Origin: Candidatus Poribacteria bacterium
GTDB lineage: Bacteria; Poribacteria; WGA-4E; WGA-3G
Direction: 5' to 3'
NCBI GenBank assembly: GCA_028820635.1
Contig: JAPPIG010000064.1
Coordinates: 195,074-259,073, forward strand
DNA length: 64,000 bases
Shown here: in pieces, positions 18,894-28,524 of the stretch
Numbering within the stretch: position 1 is the first letter of the stretch
Layout of the letters: each line of letters opens with the position of its first letter
The notes under the pieces: generated by a model
What the model saw: the letters and a program-made list of their open reading frames with translations, nothing else
Told to the model about the DNA's origin: nothing
Databases searched by the model: none
Position numbers and translations under genes: made by a program

Positions 18894-20434
18894 GACTCCA
18901 AAACCTTCTGGATGGAATTGAAATCACCGAAATAATTGGTGATCGAAACCCCAAAATTACGGGTGTTGTCAGTGACCATCGAAAAGTGAAGCCAGGATAT
19001 GCGTTTGTCTGCTATCAAGGTCTGAACGTTGATGGACATTCGTTTATTACTGGTGCTATTAATAACGGTGCTATAGCAATTATCGCTGAAATACAGACAT
19101 TGGACCTACCTAACGGTGTAACTGGCGTTGTCACCTCTAATGGACGAAAAGCACAAGCCTTATGTGCTGCTAATTGGCACGGTAATCCAGCGAAACGATT
19201 AAAATTAACCGGAATCACCGGCACAAACGGTAAGACATCTACTGCCCATTTGACTTATGGAATTCTTAAGGCGCAAGGGTTGAAAACTGCTGTTTTAGGC
19301 ACAGTAGGACATACGTACGATACAAATGATTCAACTTCAAACGAAAAATCCTCAGCCAAAATTGAAATTCCAGCACTTCTAACTACACCCGACGCTTTTG
19401 AACTCCATGCAATGTTAAAGCAAATAGCCGATGCTGGCATAGAACATGTTGTCATGGAAACCTCTTCTCAAGGACTTGCACAACACCGATTAGCCGGTAT
19501 TACCTTCAAAACCGCTGTTTTTACCAACCTCACACAGGACCATCTGGATTATCACGGCACGATGGAAAATTACCTCGCTGCGAAAATGATGCTATTTGTG
19601 CAATTGAGTCCGGAGGGTGTCGCAATTTTGAACGCAGATTCTTTTGCCACATCTCACATCATTGAATGTATCTCGTCTCACGGAAACATACTTACTTACG
19701 GACTTGAAAACGAGGCAGATTTACAGGCACAGGATGTAGAAGTATCATTAAAGCAATTAGCCTTTACAGCGGTTCCGAATGGGAACGGTAGCGTTAACAA
19801 TTCAGATGTATCACTGCAGAAAATCAAGGCAAAAATCCGCTTGCTGGGTTCATATAATATCTACAACGCTCTCGCGGCAATTGGTGTTGGAATCCGTTAT
19901 AATTGCAGTGCTGCAGCGATTCGTGAAGGACTTGCTGAGACTGTTGTACCTGGACGTTTTGAACGTATTACCTCACTGGGAGAACGAGACAAAGATTTCG
20001 CGGTTATTGTTGATTATGCACACACACCTGATGGCTTGGAAAACGTTTTAAATGCAGCACGCGGAATTACAGAAGGGAAGTTAATTTCTGTGTTTGGTTG
20101 CGGTGGTGACCGTGATAGAGGAAAACGCCCCAAAATGGGAGCAATTTCCACGCAGATTGCAGATATGAGCGTAATTACTTCCGACAATCCCCGTACGGAA
20201 AATCCCGAAGAAATCATCTCAGAAATTGTGTCAAATTTACCACATGATGCAGCATATCTGTGTATTCCAGAGAGACGCGAAGCAATTCGCCATGCTATCA
20301 TGGATGCACATCCAGGTGATGTCGTTGTGATTGCCGGTAAAGGGCATGAAAATTATCAAGAGATTCACGGAAAAAGATTTCCGTTTGATGACCGCGAAGT
20401 GGCATCGGAAATATTACAACATCTACCTATGTAG
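18890..20434 (+). CDS. murE: UDP-MurNAc-L-Ala-D-Glu:meso-DAP ligase
   Basis: Mur ligase GTNGKTST P-loop and a DNPR motif (SDNPRTENP), indicating meso-DAP specificity. Start overlaps the ftsI stop by 4 nt. Confidence 0.9.
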   Translation: MRLQNLLDGIEITEIIGDRNPKITGVVSDHRKVKPGYAFVCYQGLNVDGHSFITGAINNGAIAIIAEIQTLDLPNGVTGVVTSNGRKAQALCAANWHGNPAKRLKLTGITGTNGKTSTAHLTYGILKAQGLKTAVLGTVGHTYDTNDSTSNEKSSAKIEIPALLTTPDAFELHAMLKQIADAGIEHVVMETSSQGLAQHRLAGITFKTAVFTNLTQDHLDYHGTMENYLAAKMMLFVQLSPEGVAILNADSFATSHIIECISSHGNILTYGLENEADLQAQDVEVSLKQLAFTAVPNGNGSVNNSDVSLQKIKAKIRLLGSYNIYNALAAIGVGIRYNCSAAAIREGLAETVVPGRFERITSLGERDKDFAVIVDYAHTPDGLENVLNAARGITEGKLISVFGCGGDRDRGKRPKMGAISTQIADMSVITSDNPRTENPEEIISEIVSNLPHDAAYLCIPERREAIRHAIMDAHPGDVVVIAGKGHENYQEIHGKRFPFDDREVASEILQHLPM

Positions 20435-20476
20435 CCGCAGCAGCCAGTTATTCGGTAGACGAATCCACGAATTGAA

Positions 20477-21223
20477 ATGTTCACAGAAATTGATAATCTA
20501 AAAATAGCCTATCAGGTTGAAGGTGCCGGTACCCCCGTTGTTCTTCTACACGGATGGGGTGGTGAAGCGAATAGTTTTAGACCTGTCTTCGATTCGTTAT
20601 CCCGTTTCTACCAAGTGTATGCACTTGATCTTCCCGGCTTTGGATTAAGTGAAATTCCTCCGACAGCATGGGATGCTTCTGACTACGCCAAATTTCTTTC
20701 TGCTTTTTTTCAAAAACTCCACATCAACAAGGCACACCTGATTGGACACTCTTATGGAGGAAGAATATCTATAGTAATGGCAGCCGAAGAACCAGAGAAG
20801 ATAGACAAACTAATTTTAGTGGACAGTGCAGGTATTATACCGCCCCGAACAACGAAATACTATATACGGATCAGTCTCGCAAAAGTCGGACGCTTAATGC
20901 GATATTGTGGAACGCTCGGTAACAGACTGGCAGATAATATAACACAAAGGGTAGGTTCAGAAGATTACCGGGAAGCAGGTCCGATGAGAGCGACGATGGT
21001 GAAATCCGTGAATCAAAATTTGCGTCCACTATTAGCCAAGATTCAGGCCTCTACACTATTGATCTGGGGAGAAAACGATACAGATACACCTATATCGTTT
21101 GGGAGAATAATGGAGAAGGAGATACCTGACGCTGGTTTGGTAATTCTCAAGGATGCAGGACATTTCTCATACCTTGACCAATTGCCGCAGTTTTGTGAAA
21201 CTGTGACTGATTTTTTAGCATGA
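20477..21223 (+). CDS. alpha/beta-fold hydrolase inserted in the dcw cluster
   Basis: 248 aa. HGWGG oxyanion region, GHSYGG nucleophile elbow, C-terminal DAGHF. Confidence 0.8.
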   Translation: MFTEIDNLKIAYQVEGAGTPVVLLHGWGGEANSFRPVFDSLSRFYQVYALDLPGFGLSEIPPTAWDASDYAKFLSAFFQKLHINKAHLIGHSYGGRISIVMAAEEPEKIDKLILVDSAGIIPPRTTKYYIRISLAKVGRLMRYCGTLGNRLADNITQRVGSEDYREAGPMRATMVKSVNQNLRPLLAKIQASTLLIWGENDTDTPISFGRIMEKEIPDAGLVILKDAGHFSYLDQLPQFCETVTDFLA

Positions 21224-21319
21224 ACAGTTGGGACCGATGGCAAGTTTTGCCGAATAAAAGGTTCTATTGAGGATGAAATATTAGATTCTGTTGTTGCACT
21301 ATCTAAGGTACACACGATG

Positions 21320-21380
21320 GCGCAATGAATAATGTCGCTGCTAAAATATTTCGTAGCAGCACAATTCATTGCGTTTTTGT
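21320..21380 (+). terminator. rho-independent terminator between the hydrolase and murF
   Basis: Long imperfect hairpin GCGCAATGAAT..GCTGCTA(aaatatttcg)TAGCAGC..ATTCATTGCG, followed by TTTTTGTT. Confidence 0.6.
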
Positions 21381-21457
21381 TAATGTGGGTTGAGAGTTAA
21401 TCAACGTGGAACTCTGAACCACTACATAAGTAGACGATTTTTTGGATAATTAAAGAA

Positions 21458-23098
21458 ATGTTAGAAACGGTTAGCGGATTACTCTTTTATTTTCTCGTTG
21501 TTGCTTGTTTTGTAAGGGCAGTCATTCGGACAACCCGCGGATTACATATACTACAACTTGATGGTTATAAACCTGGGCGATTTCTAAAATGGATTTTGAC
21601 ACACCTCAAACACTGCTTTGAAATCGTAGAGATTGTTATTATCGTAGGCCTCTTAACTATTACGACTATTTTTCCTAACATTCAAACCAATTGGTTTTTC
21701 CCCGCGGTTTGTGTAATCTGGACAGCGTTCCAAGTATATAAAATTGTATGGCGTAAAAAGTCAACAGCGAAAAAACCACTTGTTTACACTGCACGCGCGA
21801 AAAGGCTTTTCGGATTGACACTCAGTCTGCTTACTGTCGTTGCGACTGTGCTTGTTGTTTTAACAGAAGGCAACCGATCGCGAATAGGTGTATTTCTATT
21901 TAGTGAACTCACAGTGCCGATTCTCGTCGTGAGTAGTTTTTTAATTTGGCCATTAGAACAATTTATCAACGGTGCTTATTTACGTGACGCAAGAAAACGC
22001 ATCAAAACCCTTCAACCAAAAATTATCGGAATTACAGGCAGTTACGGAAAAACGAGTACCAAGTATATTCTTCACCAAATTTTATCAAAAAAGTATAATA
22101 CGCTGATGACTCCAGATAGCTATAATACACCGATGGGTATTTGCAAAGTTATCAGAGGTGATTTATTACCTGAACACGAATATTTCATAGTTGAGATGGG
22201 AGCGTATAAACGAGGTGATATTCGCGAACTGTGTCGACTTGCGCCACCGGAAATAGGAATTCTCACGGCTGTCGGTCCTCAACATTTAGAACGGTTTAAA
22301 AGTATTGAAAATACTGCCCGCGCAAAGTATGAGTTAATTGAAGCATTACCCGCAAACGGACTTGCAGTAATTAATGCTGATAACGAAATTTGTGCAGCAT
22401 TGGCAGATAAGACCGGCAGTGTTCCTGTTATTAGGTATGGCGTAGAAGCAAACGGTGTTGAGAATACGTCTTTAAGGTTGAAAGCACGTAATATTATACA
22501 GAGTGATAAAGGACTTACTTTTACTGTAAGTGACGAGGTAACAGGGACAACCGATATAAAAACACGTCTTCTGGGAAAACATAACGTATCAAACATTCTT
22601 GCTGCCATTGGTGTTTCTCTGCAATGCGGGATGACATTGAATGAAATTCAAGAGGCGCTTGAAGCATTAGAACCGGTTCCACATCGTTTGCAGCTGATAG
22701 CTGGAGGTGCAGGTGTAACTGTGATTGACGATAGTTTCAATGCTAATCCTGAAGGGGCAAAAGCAGCACTTGAGGTGCTTACTGATTTTGTGAGTGATAA
22801 GGATGGAAAAAAGGTATTAGTTACGCCAGGAATGGTGGAACTTGGTAAACGTGAATACGATGAAAACAAACAATTCGGTTCAGCAGCAGCTAAGGTGTGT
22901 GACCTTGTTATCCTTGTTGGCCCAGCAAGAACTGCACCGATTTTAGATGGACTCAAAACAGCAAATTATCCCGAACAACAGATTTATGTTGCGAAGGATC
23001 TCGCTGAGGCACAGCAACAACTTGCCGAACGCCTAAAACCGGGTGATGTAGTTCTTTTTGAGAATGATTTGCCCGATAATTATAATGAAGCATTTTAG
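21458..23098 (+). CDS. murF: UDP-MurNAc-tripeptide:D-Ala-D-Ala ligase MurF with N-terminal polytopic membrane domain
   Basis: C-terminal 370 aa is a MurF-type Mur ligase (GITGSYGKTSTK; DDSFNANP). The N-terminal ~175 aa contain about 5 predicted TM helices instead of the usual MurF domain 1. Confidence 0.8.
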   Translation: MLETVSGLLFYFLVVACFVRAVIRTTRGLHILQLDGYKPGRFLKWILTHLKHCFEIVEIVIIVGLLTITTIFPNIQTNWFFPAVCVIWTAFQVYKIVWRKKSTAKKPLVYTARAKRLFGLTLSLLTVVATVLVVLTEGNRSRIGVFLFSELTVPILVVSSFLIWPLEQFINGAYLRDARKRIKTLQPKIIGITGSYGKTSTKYILHQILSKKYNTLMTPDSYNTPMGICKVIRGDLLPEHEYFIVEMGAYKRGDIRELCRLAPPEIGILTAVGPQHLERFKSIENTARAKYELIEALPANGLAVINADNEICAALADKTGSVPVIRYGVEANGVENTSLRLKARNIIQSDKGLTFTVSDEVTGTTDIKTRLLGKHNVSNILAAIGVSLQCGMTLNEIQEALEALEPVPHRLQLIAGGAGVTVIDDSFNANPEGAKAALEVLTDFVSDKDGKKVLVTPGMVELGKREYDENKQFGSAAAKVCDLVILVGPARTAPILDGLKTANYPEQQIYVAKDLAEAQQQLAERLKPGDVVLFENDLPDNYNEAF

Positions 23099-23250
23099 CA
23101 CATAGAAATAGAATGAAAAGGCAAGAAGTTCTTCATAAATTTTATGAGAAATGAAAAGAGAAATAGAGATACTGGATTTTCAACATTTTAATATAAATAA
23201 CATACTTACCGTCAAGCGAGTTTTTATAGATACTTTTAAAGGATTAAAAC

Positions 23251-24483
23251 ATGAACGTAGCTCTCATATTTGGTGGCCGATCACCTGAACACGAAGTATC
23301 GATTGTCACTGCACATCAGGTCAATGCTGCCTTAGCGGAAACACATGACGTTATCCCAATTTATATCACTAAAGAGGGGGCATGGTTAACAGGCGAAAAA
23401 CTCAAAGAGCTGAGTACATTCACCGAAGGAAACTTACCTCGCGCCGCTGATTTTGATACAGTTAGCATTGAATTTGAGACGCACGCAAAATTCAGTGTCT
23501 TACCAAAACGCAGCGGTTTATTTAATAAAAAACGAGAACTTCCTATTGATGTCGTCTTTCCCGCGATTCACGGTGTACACGGCGAAGATGGTTCTCTTCA
23601 AGGACTTCTTGAACTAATAGATATACCTTATGTCGGAGCAAATGTTATCGGTTCTGGTGTCGGCATGGATAAGATCATGATGAAAGCTGTTCTTAGTGAG
23701 AATGGACTTCCTATTGTTCCTTATATCCCGTTCACCAAACATGATTGGGATTCGGCGAGCGACGATATTCTGAAAGTAATTGAAGAAAAAATAACCTATC
23801 CTATGTTCATAAAACCGGCTGTAAGTGGTTCAAGCATCGGTGTCAGCCAGGCGAAGAATGAGAGCGAACTTCGGGATGCGATTGAACTTGCATGCCGATA
23901 TTGCCGACGGATCCTCGTTGAGCAAGGAATCGAAAACGGTTTTGAAATAAATTGTTCCGTAATGGGAACACACACTCCGACTCCTTCAGTCTGTGAACAA
24001 CCAATTGCCAGCACAGATTTCCTCAGCTTTGACGATAAATATATACATCAAAATTCGGAAACTGAATCCATTTCTGACGATAAATCTGAGGCAGATGTTA
24101 CTTCTGGAATGGCAGGCGCACAACGTGAAATTCCTGCACCTATTCCAGAAGAATTGACGTTACATATTCAAAATCTTGCTACTTTAACTTTTCAAGTCCT
24201 TGACTGTGCGGGTATTGCCCGAATAGATTTCTTGGTGAACGAAGAAAATCAAGTATACGTAAATGAGATAAATACAATTCCTGGTTCTTTTAGTTTCTAC
24301 TTGTGGGAACCAGTCGGAATTTCATTCCCAGAATTAGTGTCCCAATTGGTTAACCTTGCATTAGAAACACACCACGAGAAAAATCGCTTAATCTATTCTT
24401 ATTCGACAAACTTGTTAAGTCAGACAGGGGCAAGTTTTGCAAAGTTAAAATCTGACGAATCACAATCACAGGAAACTGTGTAA
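23251..24483 (+). CDS. ddl: D-alanine--D-alanine ligase
   Basis: ATP-grasp Ddl motifs (HGVHGEDGSLQGLLE, FIKPAVSGSSIGVS, ARIDFLV...EINTIPG). Carries an acidic ~35-aa insertion and a C-terminal extension. Confidence 0.85.
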   Translation: MNVALIFGGRSPEHEVSIVTAHQVNAALAETHDVIPIYITKEGAWLTGEKLKELSTFTEGNLPRAADFDTVSIEFETHAKFSVLPKRSGLFNKKRELPIDVVFPAIHGVHGEDGSLQGLLELIDIPYVGANVIGSGVGMDKIMMKAVLSENGLPIVPYIPFTKHDWDSASDDILKVIEEKITYPMFIKPAVSGSSIGVSQAKNESELRDAIELACRYCRRILVEQGIENGFEINCSVMGTHTPTPSVCEQPIASTDFLSFDDKYIHQNSETESISDDKSEADVTSGMAGAQREIPAPIPEELTLHIQNLATLTFQVLDCAGIARIDFLVNEENQVYVNEINTIPGSFSFYLWEPVGISFPELVSQLVNLALETHHEKNRLIYSYSTNLLSQTGASFAKLKSDESQSQETV

Positions 24484-24614
24484 CCCTGCATAATGCTTTT
24501 AAGAGGGTGGTCATGGTAGTGTCATTCAACTATTCCCATATCATTTATTAAAGTTTAATTATGCCTCAGCAATAACATTTACCACGCTATGAAGCAAGTA
24601 AAGAAGCATAAGAA

Positions 24615-25733
24615 ATGTTTTATCAACTATTTTTTAAATACCTTGTTAACGTATTTCAACCCTTTAGCATTTTTAGTTCAATTCCTTTTCGTGCTGTTTA
24701 TGCAACAGCAACCGCTCTCATTATTTCCCTTGTTTTAGGACCTTTTATGATAAAAAGGTTAAAGCAGTTGCGAATTGGTGAACATATTCAAGAAGAGGTA
24801 GAAAAAGCACAGCAGCATAATGAAGACCAAAGCAAGGCTGGAACGCCGACAATGGGTGGCATCCTTATCATTGTCGCGGTACTTATATCTGTCATTTTTT
24901 GGGCGCGGCTTGATCAACCTTATATCTACCTGATGATCTTTACAACGATTTGGTTTGGGGGGCTCGGTTTTTTAGATGATATGTTCAAAATTAGCAAAAA
25001 ACAGTCGCTCGGTCTTAGGGCTTGGCAGAAATTCTTACTGCAAACCGTGGGGGCTGTGGCAATTGCATGCTATCTTTACCAATGGGGCCCTGCTGAGGCA
25101 AATGATACGGCAACTCGCACAGCGCTTAATCTTCCATTTTTCAAACACTTACAACCCAATCTTGGCATCTTCTTTATCCCGTTTGCGACCTTAGTGATCG
25201 TTGGCTCCTCAAACGCTGTGAATCTGACAGACGGTATGGATGGTTTAGCAATTGGATGTACACTATTTGTCGCAGGCACAATTGGGGTGTTAGGGTATAT
25301 TACAAGCCATAATGTTTTTGCAGAACATCTGAACCTTTTTCATTTGCCTGTTGGTGGAGAAGTTACGACGATCTTTTGTGCGTCGTTGGCAGGGGCAGGA
25401 TTAGGATTTCTATGGTACAACGGACATCCAGCACAACTTTTCATGGGAGACACCGGTTCTTTACCGCTCGGTGCAACGCTCGGAACTTGTGCGCTACTAA
25501 TAAAACAGGAATTTCTTCTTATCATCGTTGGCGGAATTTTTGTGGCAGAAGTATTATCCGTCATTATACAGGTTTTCTCATACAGAACATTTGGAAAACG
25601 AGTTATCAAGATGTCCCCGCTCCATTATCATTTCCTGCTTTCGGGTTGGAGAGAATCAAAAGTGGTCATACGTTTTTGGATTGTTGCGCTTATTTTAATG
25701 TTGATTGCATTGAGTACGCTGAAATTAGGGTAG
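24615..25733 (+). CDS. mraY: phospho-N-acetylmuramoyl-pentapeptide transferase
   Basis: 10-TM protein with NAVNLTDGMDGLA and the DD..K..S motifs of MraY. Confidence 0.9.
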   Translation: MFYQLFFKYLVNVFQPFSIFSSIPFRAVYATATALIISLVLGPFMIKRLKQLRIGEHIQEEVEKAQQHNEDQSKAGTPTMGGILIIVAVLISVIFWARLDQPYIYLMIFTTIWFGGLGFLDDMFKISKKQSLGLRAWQKFLLQTVGAVAIACYLYQWGPAEANDTATRTALNLPFFKHLQPNLGIFFIPFATLVIVGSSNAVNLTDGMDGLAIGCTLFVAGTIGVLGYITSHNVFAEHLNLFHLPVGGEVTTIFCASLAGAGLGFLWYNGHPAQLFMGDTGSLPLGATLGTCALLIKQEFLLIIVGGIFVAEVLSVIIQVFSYRTFGKRVIKMSPLHYHFLLSGWRESKVVIRFWIVALILMLIALSTLKLG

Positions 25734-25788
25734 GCGTGTTTACTCCGTAATATGTCTTTTCTCATAAATTTTACGATTGAGGTAATGC

Positions 25789-27273
25789 TTGAAACATCCA
25801 AACTTGGGCTGCTTGTCGGCAAAACAGATAACTGTTTTTGGTGCGAATCGAAGTGGCATAGCAATTGCACGGTTACTTCATGACCGTGGTGCGAATATCT
25901 CCCTTACAGATTCACGTGATGTAGAAGCATTGTCTACCGAAATTACGCAATTGAAAGACATACCGATTGAATACTATCTCGGAGGCCATAGCGAATCTTG
26001 TATTGCTAATGCTGAATTGATAGTTGTTTCACCCGGGGTGCCTTTAGAAATTCCGATTTTGGTTGAGGCAAAAAAAAGAAATATTCCAATTTTAGGCGAA
26101 TTGGAAGTCTCTGCAAGCCTTTGTCAAGCACCTATCGTCGCAATTACGGGCACAAAAGGAAAATCTACAACAACGCTTTTGACTGCGGCAATTTTAGAAG
26201 CAGATGACATATTTTCCAATGTGATAGTGGCAGGAAATATAGGCGTTCCGTTAGCAAGTAAAGTAGCGACATTAACCTATAAGGATGTCGTTGCCTTAGA
26301 GGCAAGTAGTTTCCAATTGGAGAGTACCGTTACTTTCCGACCAGCAGTGAGTGTGGTCCTGAATTTTTCACGTGACCATCTTGATCGCCATGGAACGATG
26401 GAATCGTATTTGAATGCGAAAAAAAAGATATGTGCAAATCAGACGAGTTCGGAATGGATAGTGGTAAATGCTGCTGATACAACTGCTAAGAATTTCAAGC
26501 ATGCCACCGCAGCGAAAAAAGCATTTTTCACAGATCACCTCTCAAATACAGATGAAGAATGGAAAAAAATATGTCGCAAAATGGGTGGTGGAATTGGAGC
26601 ATGTCTGCGAAGCAATGCAAACAACATTGGAATCTATACCTATAAAGATAATCAAGAACACTGGGTTTGTAATGTCGCTGATTTGCCGTTAGAAGGAGCA
26701 CATAATGTCAGAAACGTCCTTGCATCAATAGTTGTAGGGACAATCTTCGGTATAACACCTGCGGATATGGGTAAGGCTATTCGAGAATTTGATCGGATAC
26801 ACCCTGCTCTTGAACACGCTTTTGAAAAGGTTAGCGTTATCAAAGGTGTAGATTATATAAACGATTCTAAAGCAACAAACGTCATAGCAACATGCGCTGC
26901 CCTTGAGTCAATTGAAAAAACAACCGATCTTGGTGGAGATGTAAAACGCGTTTTCTTAATCATAGGAGGATATGATAAGGGAAACGATTACAAACCGCTA
27001 ATTGAACTTGTCCGTACTAAAGTTAAAAATTTAGTTCTACTTGGGGAATACACACAAAACATTGAAAAAACATTCAGCGGTTGTGTCAATATGCATCATA
27101 CTGCAACAATGGCAGAGGCAGTTGAATATGCGTACACACATGCTACACCAGGAGACATCGTCCTTTTATCACCCGCAAACGCGAGTTTTGATATGTACAC
27201 TGATTATAAGGAACGCGGGCAGGTGTTTAAAAACGCAGTGAATTCACTTGAGACTTATCAGTCGCTTGATTAA
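25789..27273 (+). CDS. murD: UDP-MurNAc-L-Ala:D-Glu ligase
   Basis: N-terminal Rossmann motif ITVFGANRSGIA; Mur ligase P-loop GTKGKSTT. Confidence 0.85.
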   Translation: MKHPNLGCLSAKQITVFGANRSGIAIARLLHDRGANISLTDSRDVEALSTEITQLKDIPIEYYLGGHSESCIANAELIVVSPGVPLEIPILVEAKKRNIPILGELEVSASLCQAPIVAITGTKGKSTTTLLTAAILEADDIFSNVIVAGNIGVPLASKVATLTYKDVVALEASSFQLESTVTFRPAVSVVLNFSRDHLDRHGTMESYLNAKKKICANQTSSEWIVVNAADTTAKNFKHATAAKKAFFTDHLSNTDEEWKKICRKMGGGIGACLRSNANNIGIYTYKDNQEHWVCNVADLPLEGAHNVRNVLASIVVGTIFGITPADMGKAIREFDRIHPALEHAFEKVSVIKGVDYINDSKATNVIATCAALESIEKTTDLGGDVKRVFLIIGGYDKGNDYKPLIELVRTKVKNLVLLGEYTQNIEKTFSGCVNMHHTATMAEAVEYAYTHATPGDIVLLSPANASFDMYTDYKERGQVFKNAVNSLETYQSLD

Positions 27274-27318
27274 GAAATTTACTTGATTCAAAGTTTAATT
27301 GAGATACACTGACAACTT

Positions 27319-28518
27319 ATGCAAAATTATAACACCCTCAATTATGCGAATCCAACTACTCTTCCTTCTGATAGAGAGCAACCCCAAATTGCGGGTCTTG
27401 GCAGAATAGACATCGCTCTGCTTGTTGTGACGCTCTTCTTGGTTGGAATAGGTATCGTGATGGTTTTTAGTGCTGGACATGTATTATCTGAAAAACAGTA
27501 CGGGAACAGTTACCATTACCTGAAAATCCAAGCAATTGCCTGTATGATAGGTTTGATTGGGATGGGTATTGCCTCGTATATCCCATATCGGTTTTATGAA
27601 AAGTATAGTAACATATTGTTGTTCTTGGCTTTTGGTTTGCTGATCTTGGTTTTTACGCCTATAGGTACCAGTGTGCAAGGGGCGGAAGGTGGCAGATTTA
27701 ACCGATGGATCGCCTTAGCAGGTGTCCAATTCCAACCTGTGGAATTTGCAAAGATCGCCATACTCATTCATACAGCACATTTCTTGGCGCGAAAGCCAGA
27801 ACGTATTAAAAGTTTCTTTCATGGAGTACTACCAAACATCTTAATCATAGGATTAATGTTCGGATTAGTGGCAATGCAGCCTGATTTCGGTTCAGCTGTA
27901 CTATTAGCAGCTACAGCAGGATGCCTCCTGTTTGTTGGCGGTATTCGCTTGTCCCATACATTTATATTAGTAGCAGTTGGAGGTGTATTATTAGCTGGAT
28001 TTATTATCAATGATCCGTACCGATTAACTCGCTTAACAGATTACTGGGCATCCTTACAATCTCCGGAAGCCACAAGTTTTCAGTTGGGACGTTCATTTGA
28101 GGCACTTAAATGGGGCGGTTTATTTGGAGTCGGCATTGTTGACAGCGTTGCTAAAATAAATTATTTGCCTTACCCGCACACAGATTTTATTTTTGCAGTA
28201 CTGGGTGAAGAGTTCGGATTTAGGGGCACAGCAGCGGTGACACTCATTTTTATGATATTTATTTGGCGTGGAATTTCAATCGCAAGACGTACAGAAAACC
28301 GATTTGGGGCACTATTTGCAACCGGACTTACGATAATCATCGGGCTTCAAGCATTCATCAATATCGGCGTTGTAACGGGACTACTTCCTACAAAGGGCAT
28401 CACTCTTCCTTTTCTCAGTTATGGTGGTTCATCTCTGGTAATCAGTCTGGTAAGTGTCGGCATGCTTTTGAATATTTCTCGAACTGCTACACGGTCATCT
28501 CCAAAAACAGCAAAATAA
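27319..28518 (+). CDS. ftsW: SEDS-family peptidoglycan polymerase FtsW
   Basis: 10-TM FtsW/RodA family, with the conserved QPSE-like region (QPDFGSAVLL) and the C-terminal PFLSYGGSS motif. Confidence 0.85.
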   Translation: MQNYNTLNYANPTTLPSDREQPQIAGLGRIDIALLVVTLFLVGIGIVMVFSAGHVLSEKQYGNSYHYLKIQAIACMIGLIGMGIASYIPYRFYEKYSNILLFLAFGLLILVFTPIGTSVQGAEGGRFNRWIALAGVQFQPVEFAKIAILIHTAHFLARKPERIKSFFHGVLPNILIIGLMFGLVAMQPDFGSAVLLAATAGCLLFVGGIRLSHTFILVAVGGVLLAGFIINDPYRLTRLTDYWASLQSPEATSFQLGRSFEALKWGGLFGVGIVDSVAKINYLPYPHTDFIFAVLGEEFGFRGTAAVTLIFMIFIWRGISIARRTENRFGALFATGLTIIIGLQAFINIGVVTGLLPTKGITLPFLSYGGSSLVISLVSVGMLLNISRTATRSSPKTAK

Positions 28519-28524
28519 GTTAAT

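Noticed and set aside
21043-21369. 108-aa minus-strand ORF spanning the hydrolase 3' end and the intergenic region
   Set aside because: It overlaps a well-supported alpha/beta hydrolase CDS on the opposite strand and runs through the terminator hairpin, so it is spurious.
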